Source: a virus. Taken from it: DNA of 38,209 bases. Positions 31,701-38,209 of the stretch are shown piece after piece (the stretch's first letter is position 1; each line of letters starts with the position of its first letter). The notes beneath the pieces are model-generated. The model saw only the letters and a program-made list of their open reading frames with translations, was not told where the DNA came from and made no database searches. The stretch lies in IMG/VR virus record IMGVR_UViG_3300017971_000504. One strand, given 5' to 3'. The translations under genes were made by a program, and so were the position numbers.

Positions 31701-32396
31701 TGTTGTCCATGTCACCGGGCCATCATCATAAGTAAACTCGTAGCCTTTAGTCCTGTATTCGTTCTTGTGTTTTTCAAAACCTGTCATGCAGGTCTGATTA
31801 GTCGTACCTAATCTATCCTGCACAGTTAAGTTTGAAAAATTGCCAGCCGGCTGGTCATCTATATAAACAATGTTGGATCCCCTGCCTTGAACCGGTCCAC
31901 GGCCATAATCGAGAATCAAATATAAAATCTCACTACCGCTATCGTCAACGTCTGTCCACTTTGCAACTATGTTTCCATAATGCATATTCCTTCCGTAAGG
32001 TTCCGGCATTGGAATACCTTCTCGCCTTTGTGTGAATGAATCCCAGCCAAAAGACTGTGTCTCCGGTAGCTCTTTTTTCTCCGGTAACGTCTGGTCGAAT
32101 AATCCCCTTGTCAAGTAATACACACCGACTGTTATGAGCGCCGACCAGGCAATCCCCTTTATTATCTCCCATAGTACAGCCCATGCAGCTGCAGGAGCGA
32201 ACACCACTTTCGAACCCGCTCTAATTTGACCGTTTTCTTTATTGTCAACAACACACAGGTCATTAGCCGGCAAGTGTAATTGACTTTTCAATTGCTCGAT
32301 GTTCTGTCCCTTGAATGGTACTCGAACAACTGTTGTGTCACCTTTATTAAAAGGATGACTTAAAATAGCCACGTATATTGATGAATCATGGTTCAT
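28752..32396 (-). CDS. central tail fibre/host-specificity protein, gpJ-like, with a gpI-like N-terminal extension and a His-rich C-terminal domain
   Basis: 1214 aa. The block GNIVAKWTDVDDSGSEILYLILDYGRGPVQG...IDDQP...VQDRLGTTNQ is typical of lambda J-family proteins. The N-terminal roughly 100 aa is a beta-grasp-like segment plus hydrophobic AAAWAVLWEIIKGIAWSALITVGVYY, as in tail assembly protein I. The C-terminus has 13 HxH motifs. Confidence 0.8.
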   Translation of the reverse strand: MNHDSSIYVAILSHPFNKGDTTVVRVPFKGQNIEQLKSQLHLPANDLCVVDNKENGQIRAGSKVVFAPAAAWAVLWEIIKGIAWSALITVGVYYLTRGLFDQTLPEKKELPETQSFGWDSFTQRREGIPMPEPYGRNMHYGNIVAKWTDVDDSGSEILYLILDYGRGPVQGRGSNIVYIDDQPAGNFSNLTVQDRLGTTNQTCMTGFEKHKNEYRTKGYEFTYDDGPVTWTTPNQNFNDIEYTLEFLRGIWHYTDMGDQVAHSIGVKVEISERGLATWTTLLNTSISESQMSPVYKKYSVNEQSPGYVERGKKYDLRFTKTTADQGIVRFGDDVGVRSVREVIDVAFRRPGRALLGIIALATERLHGSFNVKWVADGKLVNIYNGTSWSIGYTRNRAWIYFDQVTQPVISGDGAGEPYTIERYEGLSPTRVDTAFIYEWAEWCSQQVDDGNGGTEDRMTCDIICDFSTDVWRLSYEIAQVGRMYPYWQGHTLTGWIDKATDDPIDLITFDCMMARTWKNSYAGYGEMAGCAEVYFKDSLAGYERTSFPVPNENAGTYTRPIDIEGIGVTSQSLAIRIGNHVMQRNALIKNINTCRMFKDALRYKPGRVVRVQATVPNWGKSFRVVNVTSNNTVELDRTLNVSAGSLVYIKSFDDINNEVTVEAYTVQSTVDKTLTIAETWTVTPTKNNVCAIGKTGEIKLRRIIKMSLREDNYIDVELETYDTDLFDSDNLPLYIDDPNYVWPAPSTQLLTPLTEEQVRGIVHQMLPNRPDIEIPWLSNCDWVGDSVDTVDWQKRDAAEPIYFRYRGVAYEITPSSTTDEFIYWDPNYTTQFRTTNDANTALAAGNWLMCVNKSGVAYPANGVQLLHAAILLAGTIRAEQYLELRNTYVYNFYDSLDNSKPFECPFHIVSETIAIVSVKLSFFIKPYRAYSTTSQTDGASTSGAGGDQTTTADGADAVTSAAGGVSWPQATEAATGNTAQTDLGTHYHTMPSHNHEITSDYTEYEDGASSNTGNEDGADNYTGYEDGADNYTGYDSGGGSHRHSISYTNHRHTIAQISHSHSISNTNHRHQLSYINVSTEDPGNTYTAALGYHDHGLNNHTHLCDFPDHTHTVNINNHTHTAPSHTHTTPSHSHGLTYGIHEETNSPQIHYHIDNGSGYGSQSSSYTADQSEIDITSSITGTGAKAIRFDSELSGANGRLRLSVLVECKLDINA
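29299..29388 (-). repeat. three tandem 30-bp coding repeats (EDGA(D/S)N(Y/T)TG(Y/N))
   Basis: cctgtgtaattgtccgctccatcttcatag, a near-identical second unit and a diverged third unit, all read directly. Confidence 0.8.
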
Positions 32397-32754
32397 AATA
32401 ACCTTCGATTATTAAACTCCAGGGCCAGCCGGTCAACCGCTCCCTGCAAGCCACATATTGATTTGTGTTTCTGTCTTTAATGTCAACCGGCGTTGCATGT
32501 ATGAAATGTAGTGTATCCGGATAGACAACTCCGCTATGCCAGTCACCGCCCATATTAAAAAGCACAATGCATGGCACAACCGGCTTGTCAATTTTTTTCA
32601 TCTGCGTTTGATGTTGTAAGTTTTTTAATCGAGGCAAGCCGAGCAATCTGTAAACATGCCGGCAAAAAGCCCAACAGACATACTTTCTGCTTTGGCCGGC
32701 AAGGTTCTGACCAAATGGTTCATTAAGTATCTCTTGTATTTGTTTAGCAATCAT
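32386..32754 (-). CDS. NlpC/P60-like tail tip protein (C-terminal-domain homologue of lambda gpK)
   Basis: YVCWAFCRHVYRLLGLP holds the catalytic Cys context. WHSGVVYPDTLHFIHA holds the His context. The start ATG 32754..32752 overlaps the upstream stop as ATGA. The tracked ORF extends to 32796. Confidence 0.65.
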   Translation of the reverse strand: MIAKQIQEILNEPFGQNLAGQSRKYVCWAFCRHVYRLLGLPRLKNLQHQTQMKKIDKPVVPCIVLFNMGGDWHSGVVYPDTLHFIHATPVDIKDRNTNQYVACRERLTGWPWSLIIEGYYEP

Positions 32755-35132
32755 ACCTTTAACACGTTCGGGTCCAGCCCCAATTCGCCGCCCCAATTAA
32801 CCGCGTTTCCTTTTAAATAACAATCCTCATAAGTACCGGTACATGTTGAGTCCGCACCTGCATATTGACACTCCGGACCTTTGAATAATGTCGGTGTTGC
32901 CTTCCAACATTTCTTGCTACTGTATAACCTCAAAGGAAATCTTTGAGTTAATGGGTTCGGAATACCGAGGGTTAATGTCACATATTCTGTGTCACTTTCA
33001 GAAGACAGGGCGTCATAGTCATACTCCAAGGCCGATACCGGCGTTGTTAGAAAATTCTCATTTACTTTGATAAGTTTTATATTTGCACCCAGAGCACCTT
33101 CGGTGTCATTGATCAATGTTTCCATTAAACGATTCGCGTCTTGTGCGACTCGCAATGTCACTCTGGGGATGGTTCCATCACCGCTAAATATTTGCTCTCC
33201 AATTTTGAAGTTTGATTTTAAGAATGTCTCTCTATCATAATCTACATCGTCTGTATTGCGTGCGATTCTTATGGTATCCTGCCCGATCATTACAACTTCA
33301 CACAGCCACAGCCAGGCACCGCCGAAATACGGGTCTATCAATGTTTCTTCCATTGCCGGCGGAATATCAGTAAAGCGGGTTATTATCGTTGGCTCATGTA
33401 AAGTCATCCCCATTTCTAAAGTTGGCGGGGCCACGAAATTTGTTGTCGTTAAAATTGTAGGTGTCTCAAGTGTTAAACCTAATGCAAATGTGCTCGGAGA
33501 AAATAAATTGTCTGTTAGCACATTTGGCGTTTCAACTGTTATGCTCAAAGCGAGAGCAGAGGGCGTGACTGTGCAATCGATAGATATTGTAGGTGTTTCA
33601 AGTGTTAAGCCCAGATCAAGGGCGTTCGGAGTGATTATCGATCCAGCGTAAACACTCGGCGTTTCAATTGTTAATCCAAGGTCAAGAGCCGAGGGCGTAA
33701 CCGTGCAATCGACAATTATCGTAGGTGTTTCAAGTGTTAAGCCCAAATCAAGAGCCGAGGGCGTGACTGCTATGCCGGCAAATACTGTCGGCGTTTCAAG
33801 TGAAATGCCTAAATCCAGCGTTGACGGTGTAACAATAGAATTAATCACCAATGTCGGTGTCTCAAGTGTTAAGCCTAAATCGAGGGCAGAGGGCGTGACT
33901 ATTACGCCGGCCAAAACAGTAGGGGTTTCAAGTGTCATTCCTAATGCAAGAGTACTCGGCGTGACTGTGCAATCTATGACCGGCGTAGGTGTTTCAAGTG
34001 TTAATCCTAAATCAAGAGCAGAGGGTGTGACTGTGCAATCGATGACCGGAGTAGGTGTTTCGAGCGTTAAGCCCAGATCGAGAGCAGAGGGCGTGACTAT
34101 TACACCGGCCAAAACAGTTGGCGTTTCAAGTGTCATTCCTAATGCAAGAGTGCTCGGCGTGACTGTGCAATCTACAACAACCGTCGGGCTTTGTAATGTA
34201 GCACCCAATGCCTGGGCAGACGGTGTTACTGTTTCATCACCGCTTGTTAATTCAAAAGCTCCAATGTCCCAAGTGCTTGTTCTTGATGTTCCTATGATAT
34301 CGTCAGAATATAACCCGCTTCCTGGGTCATCCGTACCATTACCGACGCAATTACCGCCACTCTCAAGCGAAAAGTCCGTGCCTGGAGTAGTAAATTCATT
34401 ATCCCAATTACTACCTGATGGATTCTGTGAGTTCGTTCCATCGCCATCATCAGAACAGCAGTAATCTATTGTTATAGAGCCGCTATTTAGAAAATCATCA
34501 CCACAATTACCTACAGCGCAGTTTTTAGCTGTTAATGTCCCTCCTGAGATATTATAAATACCCTGACCTGACCAATCATAAATAGTGCAATTGTAAATAT
34601 ATGCAGTGCCATAATTTTTAACAGCCTGGCTACCATCTTCAAGGATAGTGTTGTAAATATAAACCGTACCACCACTTTGATTGTTGACGCCAATGACCGA
34701 ATTATTTCCACCGTTAAGATAACAAGAATCGATATAGCAATTCGCTACGGTCGGGTAGATTCCTGATCCAGCAGTTGGGGCATCTTGAATGTTTATAATA
34801 TAAACGTACTGCTCGTAAATTGCGATATCATAAGTGGCTGATGTCCCAATAACATATTTAGTTCCATCCCATTGTGCATTTGAGGGGAAGTCATTGCCTA
34901 TGATCTCTATGTAATTAGATACACCTGTATTCCAGCCGTTGATAACGACATAAGTCGTATCATCTGTTCCCCCTGAGGATCGACAGTACACTGTGTGATA
35001 GTCACCGTCACTGACCAGGTCTGTCTGCTCTGCGGATTCCCACGCACTCAGCGATGTATAGGCATCAGCCCACGAAGTACCGTTGTTAGCACCCGTTGCG
35101 TCCGGGTCAACATATCTGATTACTTGTGCCAT
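32751..35132 (-). CDS. tail tip protein: N-terminal parallel beta-helix domain + 13 tandem 22-aa repeats + C-terminal gpL-like domain
   Basis: N-terminus has RYVDPDATGANNGTSWADAY and repeated YIYN/NC.. rungs, suggesting a pectate-lyase-like fold. Residues 301-585 repeat VTPSALDLGLTLETPT+6. The C-terminal roughly 200 aa end in CWKATPTLFKGPECQYAGADSTCTGTYEDC..GN..NWGG, like the four-Cys end of lambda gpL-family proteins. Confidence 0.7.
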   Translation of the reverse strand: MAQVIRYVDPDATGANNGTSWADAYTSLSAWESAEQTDLVSDGDYHTVYCRSSGGTDDTTYVVINGWNTGVSNYIEIIGNDFPSNAQWDGTKYVIGTSATYDIAIYEQYVYIINIQDAPTAGSGIYPTVANCYIDSCYLNGGNNSVIGVNNQSGGTVYIYNTILEDGSQAVKNYGTAYIYNCTIYDWSGQGIYNISGGTLTAKNCAVGNCGDDFLNSGSITIDYCCSDDGDGTNSQNPSGSNWDNEFTTPGTDFSLESGGNCVGNGTDDPGSGLYSDDIIGTSRTSTWDIGAFELTSGDETVTPSAQALGATLQSPTVVVDCTVTPSTLALGMTLETPTVLAGVIVTPSALDLGLTLETPTPVIDCTVTPSALDLGLTLETPTPVIDCTVTPSTLALGMTLETPTVLAGVIVTPSALDLGLTLETPTLVINSIVTPSTLDLGISLETPTVFAGIAVTPSALDLGLTLETPTIIVDCTVTPSALDLGLTIETPSVYAGSIITPNALDLGLTLETPTISIDCTVTPSALALSITVETPNVLTDNLFSPSTFALGLTLETPTILTTTNFVAPPTLEMGMTLHEPTIITRFTDIPPAMEETLIDPYFGGAWLWLCEVVMIGQDTIRIARNTDDVDYDRETFLKSNFKIGEQIFSGDGTIPRVTLRVAQDANRLMETLINDTEGALGANIKLIKVNENFLTTPVSALEYDYDALSSESDTEYVTLTLGIPNPLTQRFPLRLYSSKKCWKATPTLFKGPECQYAGADSTCTGTYEDCYLKGNAVNWGGELGLDPNVLKV
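33378..34232 (-). repeat. 13 in-frame tandem repeats of 66 bp (22 aa), with a nested higher-order duplication
   Basis: I counted these on the translated protein (aa 301-585). The string CTVTPSTLALGMTLETPTVLAGVIVTPSALDLGLTLETPT occurs twice. Confidence 0.85.
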
Positions 35133-35512
35133 TAAACCTTCTTGTCAGTCACGGATAATTCATTAATGCTATTTACAACCTCTATTTTTTTGCCGGCACC
35201 AGAAGTGACACTAAATCTTTTCTTGTGGCTTATTGTCACTTTGTCCAGTGCAATCCCGGACAGTTCTTGATCCGCGGCAAGCAGATACATGACATCATCC
35301 TTCTTTACGCCAGGCAGCTTGACAACCCTGAACTTTGTGTATTTGTCGGCGTTCTTAAAGCCACCATCTTCCCGGATTTCCACTACGTCACCTGACTGAG
35401 ATCGCATATCGTATTTTGCTTTGAACGCTGCGTCTTTCAGTTTTTCTGCCAACTCGGCGGCTGGCAATTTGTCCATCCAGTTATCAATGTCTAATATTAA
35501 TAACTCGGCCAT
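35132..35512 (-). CDS. hypothetical protein (126 aa)
   Basis: Clean ORF. Its stop overlaps the start of the downstream gene. Confidence 0.5.
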   Translation of the reverse strand: MAELLILDIDNWMDKLPAAELAEKLKDAAFKAKYDMRSQSGDVVEIREDGGFKNADKYTKFRVVKLPGVKKDDVMYLLAADQELSGIALDKVTISHKKRFSVTSGAGKKIEVVNSINELSVTDKKV

Positions 35513-35554
35513 GATAAATCTCCGAACACAATTGTATTGATGAAATGAAAAATT

Positions 35555-35578
35555 AACCGGACCGGCTAAGGTCTGGTT
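35555..35578 (-). terminator. terminator-like hairpin after gene 35610..36023
   Basis: On the minus strand, AACCAGACC-N6-GGTCCGGTT forms 9 bp with 1 mismatch, followed by AATTTTTCATTT. Confidence 0.45.
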
Positions 35579-35609
35579 TTGTTTATCAAAGCTCTAAGTG
35601 TTCGAATTA

Positions 35610-36023
35610 CTATACAGTCGCCAGAGTGAGAATTCCGTTCGCGTGCCACTGAATAGTAAACGTGCCGGAAGTGACTTGTTTAGCACCACCAAAATCTATG
35701 GAAGCAATCAAATCATCATTAGTTAAAGTGTCATCATAGATAACTGCATGATAGGCAGTGAAAGAGGCGCTTGTCCATTGAGTATCATCTGCATCAAACT
35801 TCGTTGTTGCACCCTGCGTTACCGCCTTGGTTGTCAAAGCTTCACCACCGGCCGTATAACCGGTTCCAGAAATCTCATTTGCGACAATTTCCGATTTCTG
35901 ATTATGTGTTGATGTAAAGCTGTGACTGTTATCAAGTAACATGACCTTGATAGTGTCCGCTTCCATATCAACTTCTTTGTTCATAAGATTAGCTTTGTAT
36001 CTGTCGTAAATTCCCGAAGCCAT
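35610..36023 (-). CDS. hypothetical virion-associated protein (137 aa)
   Basis: The pattern ...IKVMLLDNSHSF...ISGTGYTAGGEAL...KFDADDTQWTSASFTAYHAVIYDDT...IASIDFGG...GTFTIQW recurs in many phage structural modules in my memory. I cannot name the family. Confidence 0.5.
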   Translation of the reverse strand: MASGIYDRYKANLMNKEVDMEADTIKVMLLDNSHSFTSTHNQKSEIVANEISGTGYTAGGEALTTKAVTQGATTKFDADDTQWTSASFTAYHAVIYDDTLTNDDLIASIDFGGAKQVTSGTFTIQWHANGILTLATV

Positions 36024-36072
36024 ATTTCACCTTTCAAAATGTTTTTTTATTACGGCGGTTCCAGTTAATTAT

Positions 36073-36276
36073 TTAAGATACTTTTTGCTGTTTTGACCCT
36101 AACTGAAAACAGGGGACGTGGACGGTACAATCCTTGCCACCGCTCTCATTGGTTTTTTCTTCCGACCAACAGCTAATTATCGGCTTGCCGCTATCGTCGT
36201 AGCCTTGAATCGGGATTAACTTGTCCTGAATTTGAAGATAATCCTTACCTTCGTGTTTTACTATCTTACCTGTCAT
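36073..36276 (-). CDS. hypothetical small protein (67 aa)
   Basis: ORF in the operon. No motif recognised. Confidence 0.45.
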   Translation of the reverse strand: MTGKIVKHEGKDYLQIQDKLIPIQGYDDSGKPIISCWSEEKTNESGGKDCTVHVPCFQLGSKQQKVS

Positions 36277-36291
36277 AATTCTCCTTTCTGA

Positions 36292-36777
36292 TTAATCACT
36301 GACTTGAATAAAATGAAAAGTCATGTTCCATGTGTCACCTATGCCATCCGCAAGTCTGCATCTCGGCCTTTCGGCAAAAATCACATTATATGTCACTCCG
36401 TCCTGCTTGTTGTACCATGGAAAATATGTGTCTTTGTTGGCCTCGTAAAATGCAATATACTGAACTTTATCAGCATCCGGCACAGACGGCATGTCGAATT
36501 CGATATCTCTGCCGTTAAATGTATTGATTTTATTTAATACCGGATATCCTGAACCTGTTTCACCTAATAACACCGATCCGGCTGATGGCTCATCCCTGAA
36601 ATTCAAATTCGGATCTCTTGTTAATATTGGAAATTGACAAAGCAGCTTTGGGGATTTCACCTGCAAGTCAAGTGCTAATGTTGACGGATATTCGATATGC
36701 TCCGCACCTGGCAAAGTCACACTTTCAATCGTAAGACTCAATTCTAATGTTGACGGTGTTACTGTTATATCTGCCAT
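36292..36777 (-). CDS. minor tail protein, gpM-like C-terminal domain with two N-terminal VTPS-type repeats
   Basis: The C-terminal IEFDMPSVPDADKVQYIAFYEANKDTYFPWYN...TWNMTFHFIQV parallels lambda gpM YSVTLSVPREEATVLESFLEEHGGWKSFLW...EFSAEFEQV as I recall it. It lies directly after the tape measure gene. The N-terminus has ITVTPSTLELSLTIESVTL and YPSTLALDLQVKSPKL. Confidence 0.6.
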   Translation of the reverse strand: MADITVTPSTLELSLTIESVTLPGAEHIEYPSTLALDLQVKSPKLLCQFPILTRDPNLNFRDEPSAGSVLLGETGSGYPVLNKINTFNGRDIEFDMPSVPDADKVQYIAFYEANKDTYFPWYNKQDGVTYNVIFAERPRCRLADGIGDTWNMTFHFIQVSD

Positions 36778-36785
36778 GATTTACT

Positions 36786-38209
36786 TTACCTTGCCGCCCT
36801 TGCAATTGCCATCTGATATTGAACGTTTGTTGACATTGCACCCATAGTGACATCAATAATACGTTTGTCGCTAAATATATATTGTTCCGACCTGGTAACT
36901 TCGAGCTTGTCGTTTCCTTCGTTATGGACATGAAATTCTATGTCACCAGAACGTCTTTGATCCGGTCTTAATACTTCCTCTCCAATATGAAGCCAGGCCG
37001 GTCCTGTTTCTTTAGCTAATCCACCGGTTTGATATTTTGCCATTGTACCCCCGGCCGCTGAAGGCACTTTACCAACCGTTGGTAATTCATACTGGCCATA
37101 TTTTGTTTGACCTGTTGGCATTAATCCCATAAGACTATAAGCAATAGGCTCAGCAACTTTTTTATAAAGTATTATATTAGCAATTTCACGTATAAGACTG
37201 CGTGACATTTGTTTCATCGAATCCCAGAACTTTTGACCTTCGAACATCATCCGGTCAAGTGCATTTGTCCAGCCCCGGGCCATGCTCAATGCGACATCCT
37301 CCGCTATTCGCTTACGCCTTTCAGCTGACTGTTTTTCCATTTCTTCGCGTTTTGCAATTTGATTTTGCATCAATTCGAGTTGTTCCTCAGCCTTTTTCAA
37401 GTTGTGTTCTTTTTGCCACCTCTCCAATTGCTCAGCCTGTTTTTTCTCCTCCTCCATTATTTTAGTAGTGACAGCAAGGCTCGTCTCATATTTTTGTTTA
37501 GCCATCCTTTCCTGCATGGCCTGATACGATTTTTCGTATGGCAGATTATTCCAGTATTGTTCCCATTTATCATCAGTCGAAACATCCAAATCTATTGTGC
37601 CGCCGTAAGCTGCCATGCGTTCTGTTGATTTTTTCTCAAGCTCGATTCTTCTCTGCTCAGCTTTGGATCTCAAATCATCAAAAAACTTTTCTACCTGACT
37701 GGTTTTTTCTTTTGTAGTTTTTTCAAGGTCTGCAAGCTCGCTTTTCCATTCTTTAGCCTCTTCACGAAGTGTCTCGCTAAATTCGCCGAAGCCTACTCCA
37801 AACTTCTTTTTAAATAAATATTCCATCCCTTTGAATTGCGGGATAAAATCAATCTTTTCCAAAAATCCAAAATACTTGGCCATACCTTCCAGAGCAATAG
37901 CGTTTATCTGCTTATGTCTGACACCGAGCATTTGTATTGTAGAGCCTAACCTTACGGCCGCTTGTGTCATTAATTCAAATACGTTCGTGACATTATGTCC
38001 CATCCCCTCGCCTGATGTCGCCAAGTCAACAAATTTAGTCGCCAGGACTTCTATGTATGGGGCAAGCTCTATTGTCGCCGATCTATCAAGTCCGGTTATA
38101 ACACCCCGGGCCCGGGTTAATGCATCGTTGGCGGCCTCGACTTTCGCCGCGTCAAGACGTGAAAACGTAAGCCCTAATTTCTCGGCTTCGTCTGTTAATT
38201 CCTCAATTC
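36786..38209 (-). CDS. tail tape measure protein, C-terminal part
   Basis: The ORF is open from the window end down to the stop at 36786. It has a coiled-coil E/K/Q-rich middle and a C-terminal ...TGGLAKETGPAWLHIGEEVL motif typical of TMP ends. It sits upstream of the tail-tip genes. Confidence 0.85.
   Translation of the reverse strand, partial: IEELTDEAEKLGLTFSRLDAAKVEAANDALTRARGVITGLDRSATIELAPYIEVLATKFVDLATSGEGMGHNVTNVFELMTQAAVRLGSTIQMLGVRHKQINAIALEGMAKYFGFLEKIDFIPQFKGMEYLFKKKFGVGFGEFSETLREEAKEWKSELADLEKTTKEKTSQVEKFFDDLRSKAEQRRIELEKKSTERMAAYGGTIDLDVSTDDKWEQYWNNLPYEKSYQAMQERMAKQKYETSLAVTTKIMEEEKKQAEQLERWQKEHNLKKAEEQLELMQNQIAKREEMEKQSAERRKRIAEDVALSMARGWTNALDRMMFEGQKFWDSMKQMSRSLIREIANIILYKKVAEPIAYSLMGLMPTGQTKYGQYELPTVGKVPSAAGGTMAKYQTGGLAKETGPAWLHIGEEVLRPDQRRSGDIEFHVHNEGNDKLEVTRSEQYIFSDKRIIDVTMGAMSTNVQYQMAIARAAR
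38087..38209. repeat. terminal overlap copy 2, identical to 1..123
   Basis: Same observation as for 1..123. Unique genome length is therefore 38086 bp. Confidence 0.95.

Noticed and set aside
33378-34232. Regular 66-bp repeats considered as a CRISPR array or a DGR variable/template repeat pair
   Set aside because: The units are contiguous with no unique spacers and are in frame within a long ORF. No cas genes or reverse transcriptase occur anywhere in the complete genome.
33256-34464. Plus-strand ORFs 33256..33651 and 33703..34464 with striking internal repeats (GVSSVKPKSRAEGVT...)
   Set aside because: They are mirror-image artefacts of the 66-bp in-frame tandem repeats of the minus-strand tail protein, whose flanking domains are recognisable.

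Overview
This window is a complete, circularly closed temperate tailed-phage genome of about 38.09 kb. Bases 1-123 recur exactly at 38087-38209. The junction lies inside the tape-measure gene and stays in frame, so the contig simply wraps.

About 50 genes are present, and all but three are on the minus strand. Four modules can be read from the translations:
1. A lambda-order packaging and head module: Nu1-like TerS, gpA-like TerL, gpW-like protein, lambda-type portal, protease-scaffold fusion, scaffold-like protein, decoration-like protein and a Mu gpT-like major capsid.
2. A lambda-order tail module: FII/Z/U/V-like proteins, a G/GT chaperone with an A_AAA_AAC -1 frameshift site, tape measure, and M-, L-, K- and I/J-like tip proteins.
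3. An early, replication and accessory block: two ParB-family proteins, a Trm1/RsmD-like methyltransferase, a clamp-loader-like AAA+ ATPase, two radical-SAM enzymes, ASCH, DUF4031, lipoproteins, and a replisome-organizer-like gene with embedded origin-like repeats.
4. A plus-strand lysogeny block: a tyrosine integrase beside a tRNA 3' fragment (candidate attP core), plus small ORFs.

There is no rRNA, no complete tRNA, no CRISPR array and no reverse transcriptase.

The most unusual points are:
- Twin conserved roughly 140-bp leader elements, one of which precedes a cassette encoding an Ogr/Delta-like zinc-ribbon protein.
- A gpL-like tip protein fused to a beta-helix domain and 13 tandem 22-aa repeats. 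The same repeat motif is also grafted onto the gpM-like protein.
- A gpJ-like central fibre ending in 13 HxH motifs.
- An early-gene cluster of radical-SAM, ASCH and DUF4031 genes.
- A split ParB-domain plus Trm1-like methyltransferase pair.
- No recognisable endolysin/holin cassette or repressor.

All family calls come from motif recognition by eye. No database search was run.
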